Shown here in pieces: positions 1 to 13,937 of a DNA stretch of 64,000 bases (the stretch's first letter is position 1; each line of letters begins with the position of its first letter). The position numbers were made by a program, and so were the translations under genes. The notes beneath the pieces were generated by a model. It did not search any database. It was not told the origin of the DNA and saw only the letters and a list, made by a program, of their open reading frames with translations. Source of the DNA: Tubiluchus corallicola (Eukaryota; Animalia; Priapulida). Location of the stretch: the NCBI GenBank assembly GCA_030141605.1, contig JAQGDQ010000176.1, forward strand, positions 372,001 through 436,000, given 5' to 3'.

Positions 1-1008
1 GAAAACCGGCTTTTTCCTATGCTAATTTTCTTGACAATATTTGTATATTGCCTGCTAGTTATTAAGGTCAATAACACGATCAGGTTGCCTCATGCTTGCA
101 GGAGGAATTACAGTTATTAGAATGTTGTGTATTTTGTAATCACCAATCATGATTAGGTTATTCAGCTGCCAGTTTTTATATTTACCAGGAAAGTTGTTGC
201 TTTCTGCTGCAAGTGTATTTTGCATATCCAAGCACAATAAGTGAAAATATTACAGTTTGAAAAGCTTCATCAGTAAAAATAGAAAGCGGGAATATAAATA
301 AGTTATTAAATTATGATATGGGCTTATATAATGTTAATGAATTCAGGTTGAATACATAAGTAGCACAAATTGTTATATTATGCAGTAATCCGTGTTTTTT
401 GTGTTTAGCTTTAAGTGTACTGTATGCATGAAGTCATTTCAATCTTCTTCACCTATATATGAAGGAGAAAAAGTAGTTTGTTCTCAGGCATGTCAAGGAG
501 TAATTCACAGAGCCCAGGCTCAGGTATGCAATACTTTTACTGGAACTTATGATTTGTTAACAATGTTTTAGTTCACAAGAAAATGAAGAAATGTGATGTG
601 TTTCTAGTTGCTAGCTTGAAGAAGCTTTTATCCCTGCAAAAAATGTAATTACTACAACATGAATGTAACGTGATACATTTGATGCAATAAGTCATTTTTG
701 GTGTAATGATTCATTACAATGGTAGCAAATATTTTTGATTTTTGTGCTGTTGTTGTTCAGTTTAACATACTGCAGGAAAGCAATATTCTCGAAATGCACA
801 TAATTTTAAGAAATTGCTGTGCCAAACTATAATTTTATGTTAGTGTTGTTAATAGTTGCTAGTATTTTCGTAAAGTGAATACTAATGTTGTATTGAACAA
901 AAAATTACTAAACTTAAAATTCTGAATTTTAAATGTGCTAAGTTACTGAAGTAGGTACAAATACCAAAAATCATTTTACCGTGTATTTGTTTTATATTCT
1001 GTGTAAAG

Positions 1009-4000
1009 GCAATGATGCGAACCTGTTCTCAATGCAAGAAAGCAGTACAATCAGGAACAGACAAGCAAATCCTGACTTGGGAGAGCATGGACTTCTGTAG
1101 TGAACACTGCCTGGGTCGATTTCAAAATTCGATGCAAACAAGCTGCTCCTACTGCTATACAGAAATCTCTCGGTCACAGCATGCTAAGAATGTGTTAAAG
1201 GTATAATTTCCATTGCGGTATGTGCATTTAGAAAAATAATTACGTAAGCAGTTGCTTTTTTCGGATTAAATCTTTCTCAAAATTTAAACTACGTAAGCTG
1301 CTATTTTCAGATTATCCTGTTTTTTTCCAGGGTAGTGTACAATTGTGTTTTTTCTAGATACTTCTGTACACAATATAGTATTTGTAACGTTTGAAGGATT
1401 TGAAATGTTTGCAGTTTAGAGTATGCAACAAAGATTGATGCATTAACGCGGAGAGTTTTTCTAACAATATGCTATATCGCTGCCTATGTTCTCATCATTT
1501 TAAAAAAGAAAAATTCTTGATATTTAGACTGTTGTGTGACTGTATGTTATCAGAACTGCATTGTGATCTTTCGAGCAGAGTACCTTGTTGATTCACCATT
1601 CAAAGAAGGTTCTAAGCAACGCAGGTGAAATAAAAAGAACAAATGTAGTAACTAGGATTCTCAGGCAGGCTTTTAACTGTCTGTTACATTTAGTGGACAA
1701 AACCTTTGTATGCTGGTGACACCAACATCCCCTACTAGTCTACATTTCTTGTTGATGTAAGCTAGTTGCAGTGTGTTCTACAAGCTTGTTCTTATTTTAT
1801 TTTGAAATAAAATAAACTGAACTAAACTATTCATTGAATTGTTTCTTTCACTTAACATATTTTGTTTATTTTAGGTTGGAGATGAATTGAATCATTTCTG
1901 CGGTTATAATTGTTTGAAGGAATACAAGAACAGATTAAAGCTATGCAGCTATTGTCAAAAAGATGTTTCTAAGCTTAACGATGCTTTTAATGCTCCAGTT
2001 GGTGATAAAGGAGAATTTAAAGATTTTTGCAGCCGTAGTTGTATGGTGGAGTATGAACTGAAAGTCAAATTGTCTAAAGGTCCAACTATCCAGCAAGTAG
2101 ATAGCTGTTCTATGTGTATGAAAAAGGGTGCGATGAGACATGAAATTCTCTTTGAGGGCAAAAAGCATCGTCTGTGTGGGGATGCTTGTTTTGCAGCATT
2201 TCGATATTCCAACAAACTCTCGATGAACATGTGTGATAACTGTGGTAGCCATTGTTTTACTGAGCGCAGCAGTCCACAGTACATCCAATTCGAAGGACAG
2301 ACTAAGCGATTCTGTAGTAAGATGTGCATGAACACTTTCAAGGTCATAAAGCGAAAACTAGTACCGTGCACATGGTGTAAAGCAAAGAAATATAACTTTG
2401 ATATGATCGAGCGAAGTGACACAAATAATAAATACTCGCTGTTCTGTTCTCTTAACTGTCTCAGTTTATACAGGGTGAATCTCAGTGCCACTTCGAATCA
2501 ACGTGTTAAATGCGATCAGTGTTGTAAAGTGCAGCCGGCTCAGTACCATCTCACGATGAGTGATGCCTCTGTGCGAAACTTCTGTTCTTATGCTTGTGTG
2601 ATGGAATTTCAGAATCAGTTTACAAAGCCAGCTACACAGTCAAAGCAGCAACAGCAGCAGGCACCTCGTCAGCAGCAACAAACTGCTGTCCGACAACCAA
2701 TGCAGCCCCGCCAGAGAACGCCAATACAGAGACAACAGTCACCTAATGTACGATCTCAATTACAACATCCACCGGGACAACGAGGTATTATTTTGATTTA
2801 GCAAATTATTGCATTGTGTATTTTTCTTGCTTTCAATAATTATAACTATAATTATTATTGCACTTAATGATTATTTTTGCAGTATTTTAGTTACGTATAA
2901 ACAATTTTTATAGCAATTCATCTGACAAGTCGTTAGAATTCATTTTTTGCAAACAACATTGTTATACGTTTTGTTCACTTAATTGTAATACTTTGCTTAT
3001 ATTTGACAAATGGACTGTATTCAATTATTCATGCTTGTCTGCACTATTTGCAAATTTGCTATCCTGCCCCATTCACCTGAGCTAGAGTGCAATATAACCT
3101 AGAGACTTGTTTGTTTGTTAGTAGTGCTTCAGCCTGGCGACAAAGCACCACTCCCAGTCATCTCTAATGTTATGTCACTACCCACCAACAAGGGAGTTCG
3201 ACAAGTAGTTCCAACACAACAGACAACGTATGCAACTCGACGATTGAGTCAGACAGTGGGAAGCCAACCAACAAATGTGTCGACTGTAAATGTTCAACGA
3301 CAACCTCCGCCACTCGGTAGAACAACAAATCGGGTAATTTTATGTATTGTTTGGCAAAAAGCTTAACAAAATTATAAGTTAGCTATGTAACTTCAAACTT
3401 ATTAAATACTAAAAAACTTTAATAGCAAAGATTTCTTGTTAAAATCAAATTAGTTTTCTTACTTAAACAGTAAATAACTTTTAGCGTCTAAGTACGTAGT
3501 ACGTTGGTACTTTTAGAGTACTCAAGAGTATTTACTGAGTAAGTGTTGCAAGTCTCACTTGTAATAAATGATATTGCAACTTACTGCTAAACAAAATGAC
3601 ATTTCAAACTGGAATAGCAATTTTTACTCATTGTATTGATGATATGAATGTGTCTAAGTTAAGCAGTGTGTGGTTTTTAAATAGGTAATAACAGTGTCTA
3701 CATCACAGACTCAACCGACTACACCAGCAACTAAGCAAGTGATAATTCAGCCTCCACCTCCAAAACAAGTGAAAAACAAGTCATTGCAATGCAAACCATT
3801 TAGTCAGACCAAGGCCACATCTTGTAGGCCACAAGTGACTGCTCAGCAATCACAAACTGGTACGTTTTGTTACACTTTTTCTAGAGATTAAGGTTATTTT
3901 ACAGATATTTAGATATCTCACTACTTTACGATTTTAGTAAGGCATAGAACCTAGTTAACTTCAATAGGATAACTAAACATTTCATTAAACAAATTATATT

Positions 4001-7000
4001 TTTATAACTACTGTTCTATTTTTTAATTCGAAGTATGTACATTAAGTGTTAGGTATGTCGTAAAAGCAATTTTTTAGAAAGGCCCTTATAGCTCGTAAAC
4101 AAGATAATATTCTGCATTGTTATTTTATAAATATTATATTTCACTTAGTTGCATAACACCATTTGTTTGTTGTTGTGAAGGAATCTTAATAGTGCCTAAC
4201 TTGTGAAAGTAAGAGCATTATGTTGTTTTCGCAACCGGTGACTTACTACTGAACCCATAAAGTGTTTTCGGCTTATCTGTTTAACTGAGTATAAATGCGC
4301 ACATGATTAATAAAGCTTTGTTTCTTGTAATGTAAGCTTGTTTGTTTTCTCTACTTTTTAGATGAACGCAAAGACACTTCTGCTGTTGTGCCTATACCTG
4401 TACCCATATATGTTCCAATACCTATGCATATGTATACTGAACCAGTACCAGTACCTATAGCATTCCCAGTACCAATACCAGTACCATGCTTCATACCTAC
4501 AACAAAGAATAGTGCCAGCTCCATTTTGAAACACATTAAGGAAATTCTGGTGAGAAAATGATAACATTTTAAGTTTACCCTTTAAAGACATACTTTTGCA
4601 ACTATGCTTACAAAAATGCATTGCAGGGGAACTGTGTTTTAACAGAATCATCATGAAAAAACATGCTTCTTATAAGAAATACAGATAATATCCAGCTGAA
4701 AAAATCTAAAATCCTTGACTTACATCATCAAGTTTTATGATATATGCGTTGCTGTCGTTGCAACATAATTAGAAGCTTCATTACTCTCCCATTCCGAATA
4801 GTTTTCAATCACATTATGTGAGGTTGATGAGACAGCAATGATTTTCACGAAGAAAGATTACAGATGAACTGTCTGGGCAGCACATTTGATTTTAATTCTC
4901 CAATAATGACTATGAGTTAGTTATTATGTAACAAGTTTTTTTCTGCCAGGTACTAACAAATTATTTAATAGAAAATGATCAGTTAGTCAAAAATCTCCTT
5001 GGGAGTGCCGTTACCCATACTCGGTGTAAAAAAATCTGAATTACGAAAAAGCACATTTTTCTGAGCTTCGTTGTGTGCTGTGTTCTGCTAAAGCAATACA
5101 TAAAATCTTAATGGTTTGGGAGAGGCTTATCTCTAAGTGCAAGCCTAATTTGATCTAACATCATAATGTGGTTTGCACTTTCACATAGGATTTCATGAGT
5201 TAGACAACACGGCGACATCTGCAAATTTTATAATTTATCATTTTCTTTTATCCTTCATTATTTTTATATAAAGCAATTTCATCATTTTATGTTTTTATAT
5301 TACAAGTAAGATCAAATTATCAAAAAAGGCAGTGATTTAAAGGAAAAACCAACCCTAAAAAAACATTCATTGTATTTCATTATACAGTTAAAAATATTGA
5401 AATTACCACATAATATAAATGTATAAAATTCCTTGCTTAAAAATGTAAAAGAAATTTAAATATTTCTTATCTCCTGTTAAACGAACCTTGCTGCGGGAAT
5501 ATTTGAAGAAATGATGTAAGTTGTGACAGCGTGAACCCAGTTGTTGTACTCGTAGCAAAACTTCTGAAGTTCACTCAGATGTTCCGCTATTCTACGGTTG
5601 TATTTAACTGTGCTTATGTAAAAATTAGTGATCGGATCAATTCATAACAACTTTAGAGTGCTTATGTAGCTTTAATCCGCGGGCCTGTACCTTAAAATGT
5701 GTAAGCACTATATGATGTGTAACTAAGATGTTTTTACCTTGGATTGTTAATAGTTAAGAAGTATAACTGCACCTGCAAAAAAGATATTTATCTACCTAAC
5801 ATATTTGCGTTACATCATTATTTGTATAATGTTTAGCAAAAGCAGCAGAAACAGATAATTGGTAAACTGCCATTTATAGGAAAAAATCCCATCAGATCCA
5901 CTAGAAGCTGAACTGTTAATGATGGCAGAGATGGTAGCTGGCGCCGAAGAAGAATCACAGGATGAAAAAGCTCAAAATGGCGATCGTAGTGATGACGACG
6001 ATGGCCCCCCTGGTACTTCCACAGTTGCTTAAATTTGCTTTCAAGTGATCTGTATTGGAATATTTTCATATTTTCTTTCTGTTTGTTATTAAACTTAGTA
6101 GACCTAAAAACAATGTTGTGTTATTCACCAGCCTTGCACAGCATCACCTTCTTGCACAGGATTTTTCCTTCCTGATTCCATACCAAAGTACAAGTACATA
6201 TATTTCCGTAATACGATATGATGTGAGCTTAATTATTGTCACTTAATGTAACAATATTAGACGCTGAATAATACTATATAACTATTATGCAAACTGCCTT
6301 TGAATAAAATCACTCTAATAATGCATATGAAACAAAAGCAATAAATTCTGAGCTGCGTGTCGCGTGCTACAGTAATTTTTGCCTGTAGTCTGGCACTGAG
6401 CTGTTAATTCTAAAAGCAGCCGTGTGTACCACAATTTGTATTGCTATATGGCAAAACATATTGAATTATGTCGCATTATCGAAATCATGTTCACTACCAA
6501 CAGTGCGTCGCAACATGTAACATTATTTGGCAAAATGCATCTCGTTATATCATAATATCAGCATTGCATTGAATATCCAGTACTTATTCATATTGCTATT
6601 AGAGCAAACTTGTTAAAGCATATTAGTAAGTGCTATCTGTAGGAGCGGGACTCCGTATTTCCTGTTTAATTATATTGTTCTAAAAAGCTGTTTAGGACTT
6701 GAGATACGGTTGAAACCTATGTGCATATTAATTTTTGTGGGAAAATAATTTAAAATTTGCTTTTGTACATCTTGCTTCTTTTCATAGCATGCAGTTAATT
6801 CTCATCCTCAGTTTTAAATATGTTACACTGCATTGCACTGTGTTTGTAAAATGTGTAGATTGCACTAAGTCTTCATAAGGTATGAAGTAAATATAAGTAT
6901 GTTTGGTGTAGTTTTAAGTGAGCTGCTATGCTTGCATATCCAGTATGTTTAAACAGTCTTGTCACTCTTTAGACTTGCCATCACCATTTGAACCTGAAGA

Positions 7001-10000
7001 AGATAATATTCCACCTGAGTTGACCAACGATGCAGAGCCCAGTCCAGATCAACTGGGTGAAAACTTGATTGAATTGGCACTTCGTGCTAGTAAGGAAATT
7101 AGTGAAAATGACAGAACTAATGAATCCTCACCTGCGACTTTATTACCAGGTAAGCATTCTTATACCAGAATTCACACTTCATGCCAATAAAGGTAATGAT
7201 GTTTTAGCGGCACGTGTGTGCATTTGGCAGCTTGCCATACCAAAAGTAGAAATACTTATATCACGCTATGATGATAGATTAAGCAACTGTGTCGCATAAT
7301 CGTGGTTTGTGACGCACAACTGCTTGCGCTCAATAAAAGGCTTTCTATTTTTTGACCAATCGCTGCTCGCAATGCAGTAACCAGTCATTTGCCAGAATGA
7401 CGTTGTCACTTTTCTTCAGCAGTACTTAGCAAACTGTGAGAATGTCTAGCAAAAACAACAACTGTGATTTGGCACTCATTAAATTAGTACTGGTTAGGAA
7501 TAATTTGTGTAACTGTTTCGCTAAAGAATATAGAAATTGAACGTTCTAGTTGGGTACTTGGGGTAAAAATGGATGATGAGCTTAGCTTTTCTTTTTTGTA
7601 AAAGCGTTTAATATTTTAGTACTTTCTGCAGCATCACGCATCAGCAGCACAAATCACGCTGGCCTTTGCACCTCTGACTCTCTAAAGTCCATGCATTTTA
7701 GGCTGTTTTTTTGTTTTGTTTTACTGGATGTATATATTTCGACACACTTCTGAGTAACACCTATGATGCAAATAAGAGAGGTTGCTGTCTAAATAAAAAC
7801 TTGCACATCCAGTGGGTCTCGAACCTAGGCCTTTTGGTTTCCAGGCAGCTATGCCAAACAATACACCTCAGAGGAATGGTGACTTCAGTCTTGGAAATTT
7901 GCACTATAAACTACTAGATGTATAACTGGTGATTCTTTCCAATTTGATTTAAAAGGTGCACCACAACAAGATACTCCATCACCTCCTGCAACTAGGGGTT
8001 CGAAACGATTAAGGTCAAAGGCTGGTGGAACCCAGAATAAAAAAAGGAGGGTCAACACTTCTGAACCGCCAGCTCTTGCTCCAATATCTGTTCCAGTAAA
8101 GACGCCACCTCCAGATGCAGATTGTGCTTTGAAGGTAATGTTTTTGAACTCTTTATAGTATTTTCCATTACTATTCACACAGACAGCAGCATCTTTTGAT
8201 ACAGTAGGTGCCGCTTAATAGATTCACTTTGGGATGGAAGTGTTTTGACTCAATTAACCGACATGTAATATTACTAGTGTAGAAGTATGAATCGTTAGCT
8301 TGGCGTGCACTGCAAAGGCTTTTAGACACGAAACAATGCCTAAATTCCTATGCACTTATTTAAAAATATTAATTCATAAAGTGAATTAAAAAAAAGATAT
8401 TAAAAAGGTTTCCTAAATCACATGTCTGTTTATTTACAGAAATTTGTTCTTGTTCATCTGTTTCATATTTGCAAAGAATTTGGTTCACAAAGTTCTCTTA
8501 ATGATAAAAATGTTGAAAATTTGTTACTGTATGATGCACACATTCTTGTAAAATATTGCTTGTGGTGCTTGAACTGCAGTTGGTGGTGCCCATGTTTCCC
8601 CCCTCAAATGGCTTCATCTGTAGTTTTGTTTCTACAACCTTGCAACACTTTATTGTACTGTACCTACGTCCCTGGCGTAACAGCAATAACTAACTGATTA
8701 AATATTCTATGATAGGCAGGGAGAGTTTCAAAAGCAAACCGATAGACAAGTGATTAAATGTTTAGCTTCCAGAAATTCTTGGGTAACGAGGTTAATTGCA
8801 GTGGACAGACAGGTCAAAGCAAAACCGCTAGGCTAGCATATTAACATATGATAAACGTTCCTGCTTACAAACAAAACTGTACTTAACATGATTGTTTCTG
8901 TGCATATTAGAGCATAAAAGCGAACTAAGATGACAAAAGTCATAAAGCTTATTGGTCACACAAAAATGCTTTATTAAAGCACGTGAAGCAGACATATTGA
9001 GTCAATTATGTGGACTTAGCTGAGTCTATTATCGAAAGTTTTTATATACATTTGAATGGAAGAGGCCTGTGCCAGGTGTTTTTGAGTCAATTAGGCGACT
9101 GATTCTGTTAACGTCTGATAAACAGCACCTACTGTATTTGTAATATCTTGTTGAAATATAGCAAGTTTTTTCGTTGTTATTTCGAACAATACTTTTGCGA
9201 TATTCAAGAAAATGAGAAATGCATCTCGTGAATTTCATCTGTGATTGCTTCAGGATGTTGCTGTTGGCCTTTTTGGGAAAAATCACATTTGACCCAACAG
9301 CTCTTAGTTTTTGAAGTGTCGATTCATTTTCTGCTTGGCTCTCGGGCAGCTAGTCAACACCGCTAGTCTTTCAGAAATAACTGTGACCGGAAAATGCATA
9401 TTCTTCTATTCTGGTCACATATCTGGTGTGAAACTATCCTTCATACTTAAAATTTTATTATAACTGGCGATACCCACTATAGAAAATGCGAAATTTTGCT
9501 TTACATCAACACTGTTGCTAAGCAATGTAAACTTGCAGATGACATAATAGCAATAATTATCAGTTTTATGTGAGAGTTTTTTTTCACAGTACACATATGG
9601 AGTCAATGCATGGAAGAATTGGGTTAAACAAAAAAACTCGACCATCGACACATCTCGTAAAGGTGCACATCGCGGGAAGCCATGCAAGATCGATTTACTA
9701 CAAATGACTGCCGATGAGTTGAACTATTCTTTATGTTCATTTATAAAAGAAGTTCGGAAACCTAATGGAGATGAATACGCAGCAGACAGCATCTATTACC
9801 TGTGTTTGGGTACGAAATTGTTATTTCATTTAAAGTTTTAAATACTCAGATCCAAATACCCAAACGATCATTCTTGGCTCACTTGCATTAATCATTTTGT
9901 TTTTGTAGGAATTCAACAGTATTTATATGAGAATGGGCGCATTGATAACATATTCACTGACCTGAATTATGAGAAGTTTACAAATGTCCTCAGTGACATC

Positions 10001-12805
10001 TTGGAGAAGTTTGAACCAATAATTTCCCCAGAAGGTATGTAACTAATTTTGTCTTGAAAAATTAAGTAAATTGATTTGTTTAACTAAAAAGTCGCAGCTT
10101 TTTTTATAACCAGCACTATAGAAGCTTTTTACAGCATGGCATTTGTCGTAGTCAGCTTAGCCACACTGCATATTTATAGATTATATTTATTTATTTATCA
10201 TTAACTGATTAGCATTAATCGATTTATAATCAGTAATGCAATAAAGCATAAACTATATTTATCATTATACATAATCTAACATGTCTTTTCACAGTTGTAT
10301 ATAATGTAGCTTGCTATTTGTGCTGTTTACTAAAAAAGTTACATGTTTACTAAGTGCTTCGCTTGTACATACTAGGAGATGATATAGAAAGAACCGCTAT
10401 TAACCGTGACAAAGTTTGTTACAAGGAGTCAAGGATAAAAGTATTGTCATTCTAAGTAGTAGCCATGTTGTGCTTACCAATCTTTTGTCTTGGGAGCTTT
10501 TTACAAGTTTAACTAAAACCATTTCATTTTTTTAAAGGTTATGTTCTGGGTAGAATAGAGGAGGAGATTCTCTGGGAATCGCGTCAACTCGGAGCGCATT
10601 CGCCTCATGTGCTGCTTAATACGCTCATGTATTTCAATACGAAGTACTTTTTGTTGAAAGATATTGGTGATCATATGAGTTTATCATTTGCACAAGTGTT
10701 AAAGCATTGGCGAAAGAGGCAGATTGATGCGGGCAAGCAAGGACCAAGGACAGTGTTCTTGCGTTACTTTCCACCCATGTCAATGTTGGCTAATAAAAGT
10801 GAGTTTTTTACCACTTGTTGATTTGTTTTAATGGAGGTATAAAATAGCATTTGATATTAAGATTTTCAGTGGATCACCATGTAGTGTACCACCAAGATTA
10901 CTAACTGGAAGGGGAATAAGCCTGGCCTTTATTTTGGTTTCAAAATCATGTAGTAATAAGCTTGCCAGATGAGTCCATTGCTAGCCTTAAAAGAAACTGT
11001 TAATCTGCTTTGTTCAAAATGTTGCTGTTGTGCAGTAATGTTTTTGCATGTGACTCAGTTTTGCTTCATTAAATTCTCTGAGGCAAAATGGAAAGCGGAA
11101 TGGTGTTCTAAGCTACAAAAGTTAGGCAGTACCATGCTGAGTGACTCATTGTTTAAAATGACTTTGATATGGCGTATTGACAACTTCGTATGCTACATGT
11201 GCTTAACAATTTTTTCTCCACATCAGGCATGACGGTGCAAGTTTACTGTAAATTAATTTGCAAGCGGTGTGCAACATTTAAGCACTTAATAAAAGCTTAC
11301 AAAAATGTAGTAATGCAGGCAATGGGGCTCGACAAAAAGCCTGCAATGCGCAATAGCCAAGTAAGTTGTATTCAAAGCTATTATACTAAGTCAATGAACG
11401 ATGAAAGCTGAAAATCGCTTTTTTGTGAGGTTGTGTTACTGGTGTGTATGCAATAAACCATATTCACTATAATTTTGTTAAACTGTATGTTGAGCCCAGC
11501 CGTGGAGTGTATTGTGCCAATTACTGAGGTGCCCTACAATATTTTTTCTTTTTTATGCTAAATCTTGTAGTATTGTAGTATTACCGTTACTTTAAAAATG
11601 GTAAGCATTTGTAGTGCAATTGCAAAACCTTTGTTAAAAATTAAGTTTCACAACTAATAAGCTTTTCTGTATTAATAGGTAAAAAGAAAAAAGGCGAAAA
11701 TGAGAATTTGGAACAAGCAGAAAATCTGGAAAATCCTCTCCGTTGTCCGGTCAAACTTTATGAATTCTATCTATCAAAGTGGTTAGTTATGTAATGAAAA
11801 TACTTTCCTTTGCACTTTATGTTCTAGCTGTTGTCTCCGTTGACAGTTCGTCTATTAAATCTCCAATACAAGCTGACATTAGAAGCAAAATTCTATTTCC
11901 ATACTCCTGTGCTAAGTATTTACAACAAAGTAGTTCCAAAACATCATATTGAATTAATGTTATTTGATCATTTTGTTCATCGGTTCTATTTCAAAATGTA
12001 GTACAGGGTACTCTTAATTATGTCTCTGCGTATTTACTGTAATGGGGCAGATGTAGTTAACGAATCTTAAAATATTTCTAACAATAAATCACATATAATT
12101 GACCAGAGAGGAGTTAGCTGTTGCCACAGACATGAGAGGGGAAGATTGTACTGAGGCAAAATACTTTTCGTAAACGGGTTTCAAATTGGTGAAATATTCT
12201 TAAACATTCAAAAACAAATGTTACTTCACTTTCAAGACTGCTGATATAATTTCACAGGCCTGCAGCAGTTATCAATTTTTTTTACTATCAATTTAGTTAC
12301 TGTGTTACCTGTGCAGGTGAGTCTTTTCGAAAAGGGAAGTGTATGCATAGCATTATCTTTTAGAATACAGCTGAACTCTTTATTACACCTCTAAAGATAC
12401 CAAGGTTATGACTCTCTGTTTGTGCTTTTCTTCAAGTCTTAATCTCAACGTACTCAAAAAGCAAAGAATACTTTTAAATATGTTATCACCAAATATGCTA
12501 GCTTGCAAGATATTGCAAAAGAACAGCAACAACTAAAAATGGGTTGGGTGTACTACAATAATAATAATTATGGTGCTGGAAACTGGAGTTCAAATGATGT
12601 TCTTGTAATTTTCAGTCCTGAAAGTATGAAGAACCGAAGCGATGTGTATTATTTGGTGCCAGAAAGATGTTGTGTTCCTGACAGCCCTGTGTGGTACTCT
12701 GTACAAGCACTGCCAGAAGGACAGGTCTCAAAGCTATTGAACAGAATAAAAATGACTCGAGAAATCAACGAGGCTTTGTACAATGCTGGCGAATTTGAAC
12801 TTTAG
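1009..12805 (+). CDS. ZMYM4: Zinc finger MYM-type protein (ZMYM2/3/4, woc-like) with C-terminal DUF3504; 5' exons lie outside the window
   Basis: Phase-consistent GT-AG exons: 1009-1200, 1875-2784, 3122-3333, 3685-3859, 4362-4549, 5880-6012, 6973-7149, 7956-8134, 9590-9809, 9909-10034, 10538-10798, 11679-11781, 12616-12805 (TAG). They encode repeated CxxC...FCS..C MYM fingers, a [11 protein letters not shown] tract, [46 protein letters not shown] and [18 protein letters not shown]. Which vertebrate paralogue (ZMYM2/3/4) it matches cannot be resolved. Confidence 0.93.
5396..5790 (+). repeat. Dispersed repeat, copy 1 (ZMYM intron)
   Basis: Shares the blocks TTGCTTAAAAATG.AAAAGAAATTTAAATATTTCTTATCTCC and TGGATTGTT.ATAGTT...TAACTGCACCT.CAAAA with 13696-13937, in the same orientation. 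Confidence 0.75.
8202..9134 (+). mobile_element. pogo/Tigger-like (Tc1/mariner superfamily) MITE, family A copy 1
   Basis: TA|CAGTAGGTGCCGCTTAATAGA ... TCTGATAAACAGCACCTACTG|TA gives imperfect TIRs with a TA target duplication. The interior matches 27084-27858 in reverse complement. Confidence 0.85.
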
Positions 12806-12991
12806 ACTTTTGAACTTTGATCTTCTCTTTTGGTAATCTGCTGTGTTAAAGTGCTCTAGACTGTTCTAGAGAAACACACAGGAAGCACTTTCTCTGGAGA
12901 GGAAGATGTTGGCAACATGAAAGCACATCTTAGACTTGCTGTCACATGTATGTGAATATTCAATGTGGCTGAACGATTGTAAAAGTTTTTC

Positions 12992-13211
12992 TATATTTGT
13001 CAAAAAATTGCCAGCTTTGTTCAAATTAGGCTACAGCTGAATGATGCACAGTTTTAATGGCTACAAAGTAATGAAATCACAGCTTTGGATGCTGGCCGTA
13101 TTTCTGTATTTGTCAAAAAATTGCAAGCTTTGTTCAAATTAAGTTAGCTACAGCTGAATGCACAGTTTTACTAGCTACAAAGTAATGAAATCACAGTGTT
13201 GGATGCTGGCC
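12992..13211 (+). repeat. Tandem duplication of about 110 bp in the ZMYM 3' UTR region
   Basis: TATTTGTCAAAAAATTGC.AGCTTTGTTCAAATTA...GCTACAAAGTAATGAAATCACAG..TTGGATGCTGGCC occurs twice, at about 12992-13097 and 13105-13211. Confidence 0.9.
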
Positions 13212-13695
13212 ACATTACATGTGACCTGCCCGAGTATTTAATAATTAAGAAGCAAACTTGCTAACACCGGCTTTATATCAGATTTTACTAAATGGGCTTC
13301 ACTACGAAAATTTTTGTCATAAAGTCTTAAAGCAAGTACATCCTTACATTTGTTAAAAATTACCTGCAAAACAGTTAAAGTATCAAAAGAAAGACAAGAC
13401 AACCTTCTAAGGGTTATACGCGATTACAAAAATTTTGGCATGTATGAACTTTGAATGTTTATAAACAAATTAGTTCATTCCAAAAACATTTTGGATCTCG
13501 ATAGTAATATATTGTATAGTTATGACAAGCTGTTCTTTCTTTTCTTAAAAATGTAATTAGTGGGAAGTTAGATAATTTTTAAAAAAATCTCAGCTTCATT
13601 TTTTTGTTTTGTTTTAATTGCTTACGCTTAATTTCTCACTAAAAAATAACAACACGTTAAAGAACAGGAGCAAATAGTGAAAAATGTGCCCTGCA

Positions 13696-13937
13696 GTTGA
13701 AATTACTACACACTATACGTGCATAAAAAGCATTGCTTAAAAATGCAAAAGAAATTTAAATATTTCTTATCTCCCACCACAAAGCGAATCAAATATTTCA
13801 AAATATGACGTAAGCTGGTGGACAGCGTGAAAGCCTTGAAGCTAGGAAAACTCATATTTTAGCACTGTGTATCTATAGTTCAAAGTTTTGGATTGTTTAT
13901 AGTTGACAATTGTAACTGCACCTACAAAAGAGATTTC
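13696..13937 (+). repeat. Dispersed repeat, copy 2 (internally deleted relative to copy 1)
   Basis: Matches 5396-5790 in blocks. Confidence 0.75.

Noticed and set aside
4351-4654. Minus-strand ORFs with GTGIGTG and WYWYW repeats
   Set aside because: They are the antisense reading of the ZMYM Pro-Val/Ile repeat exon.
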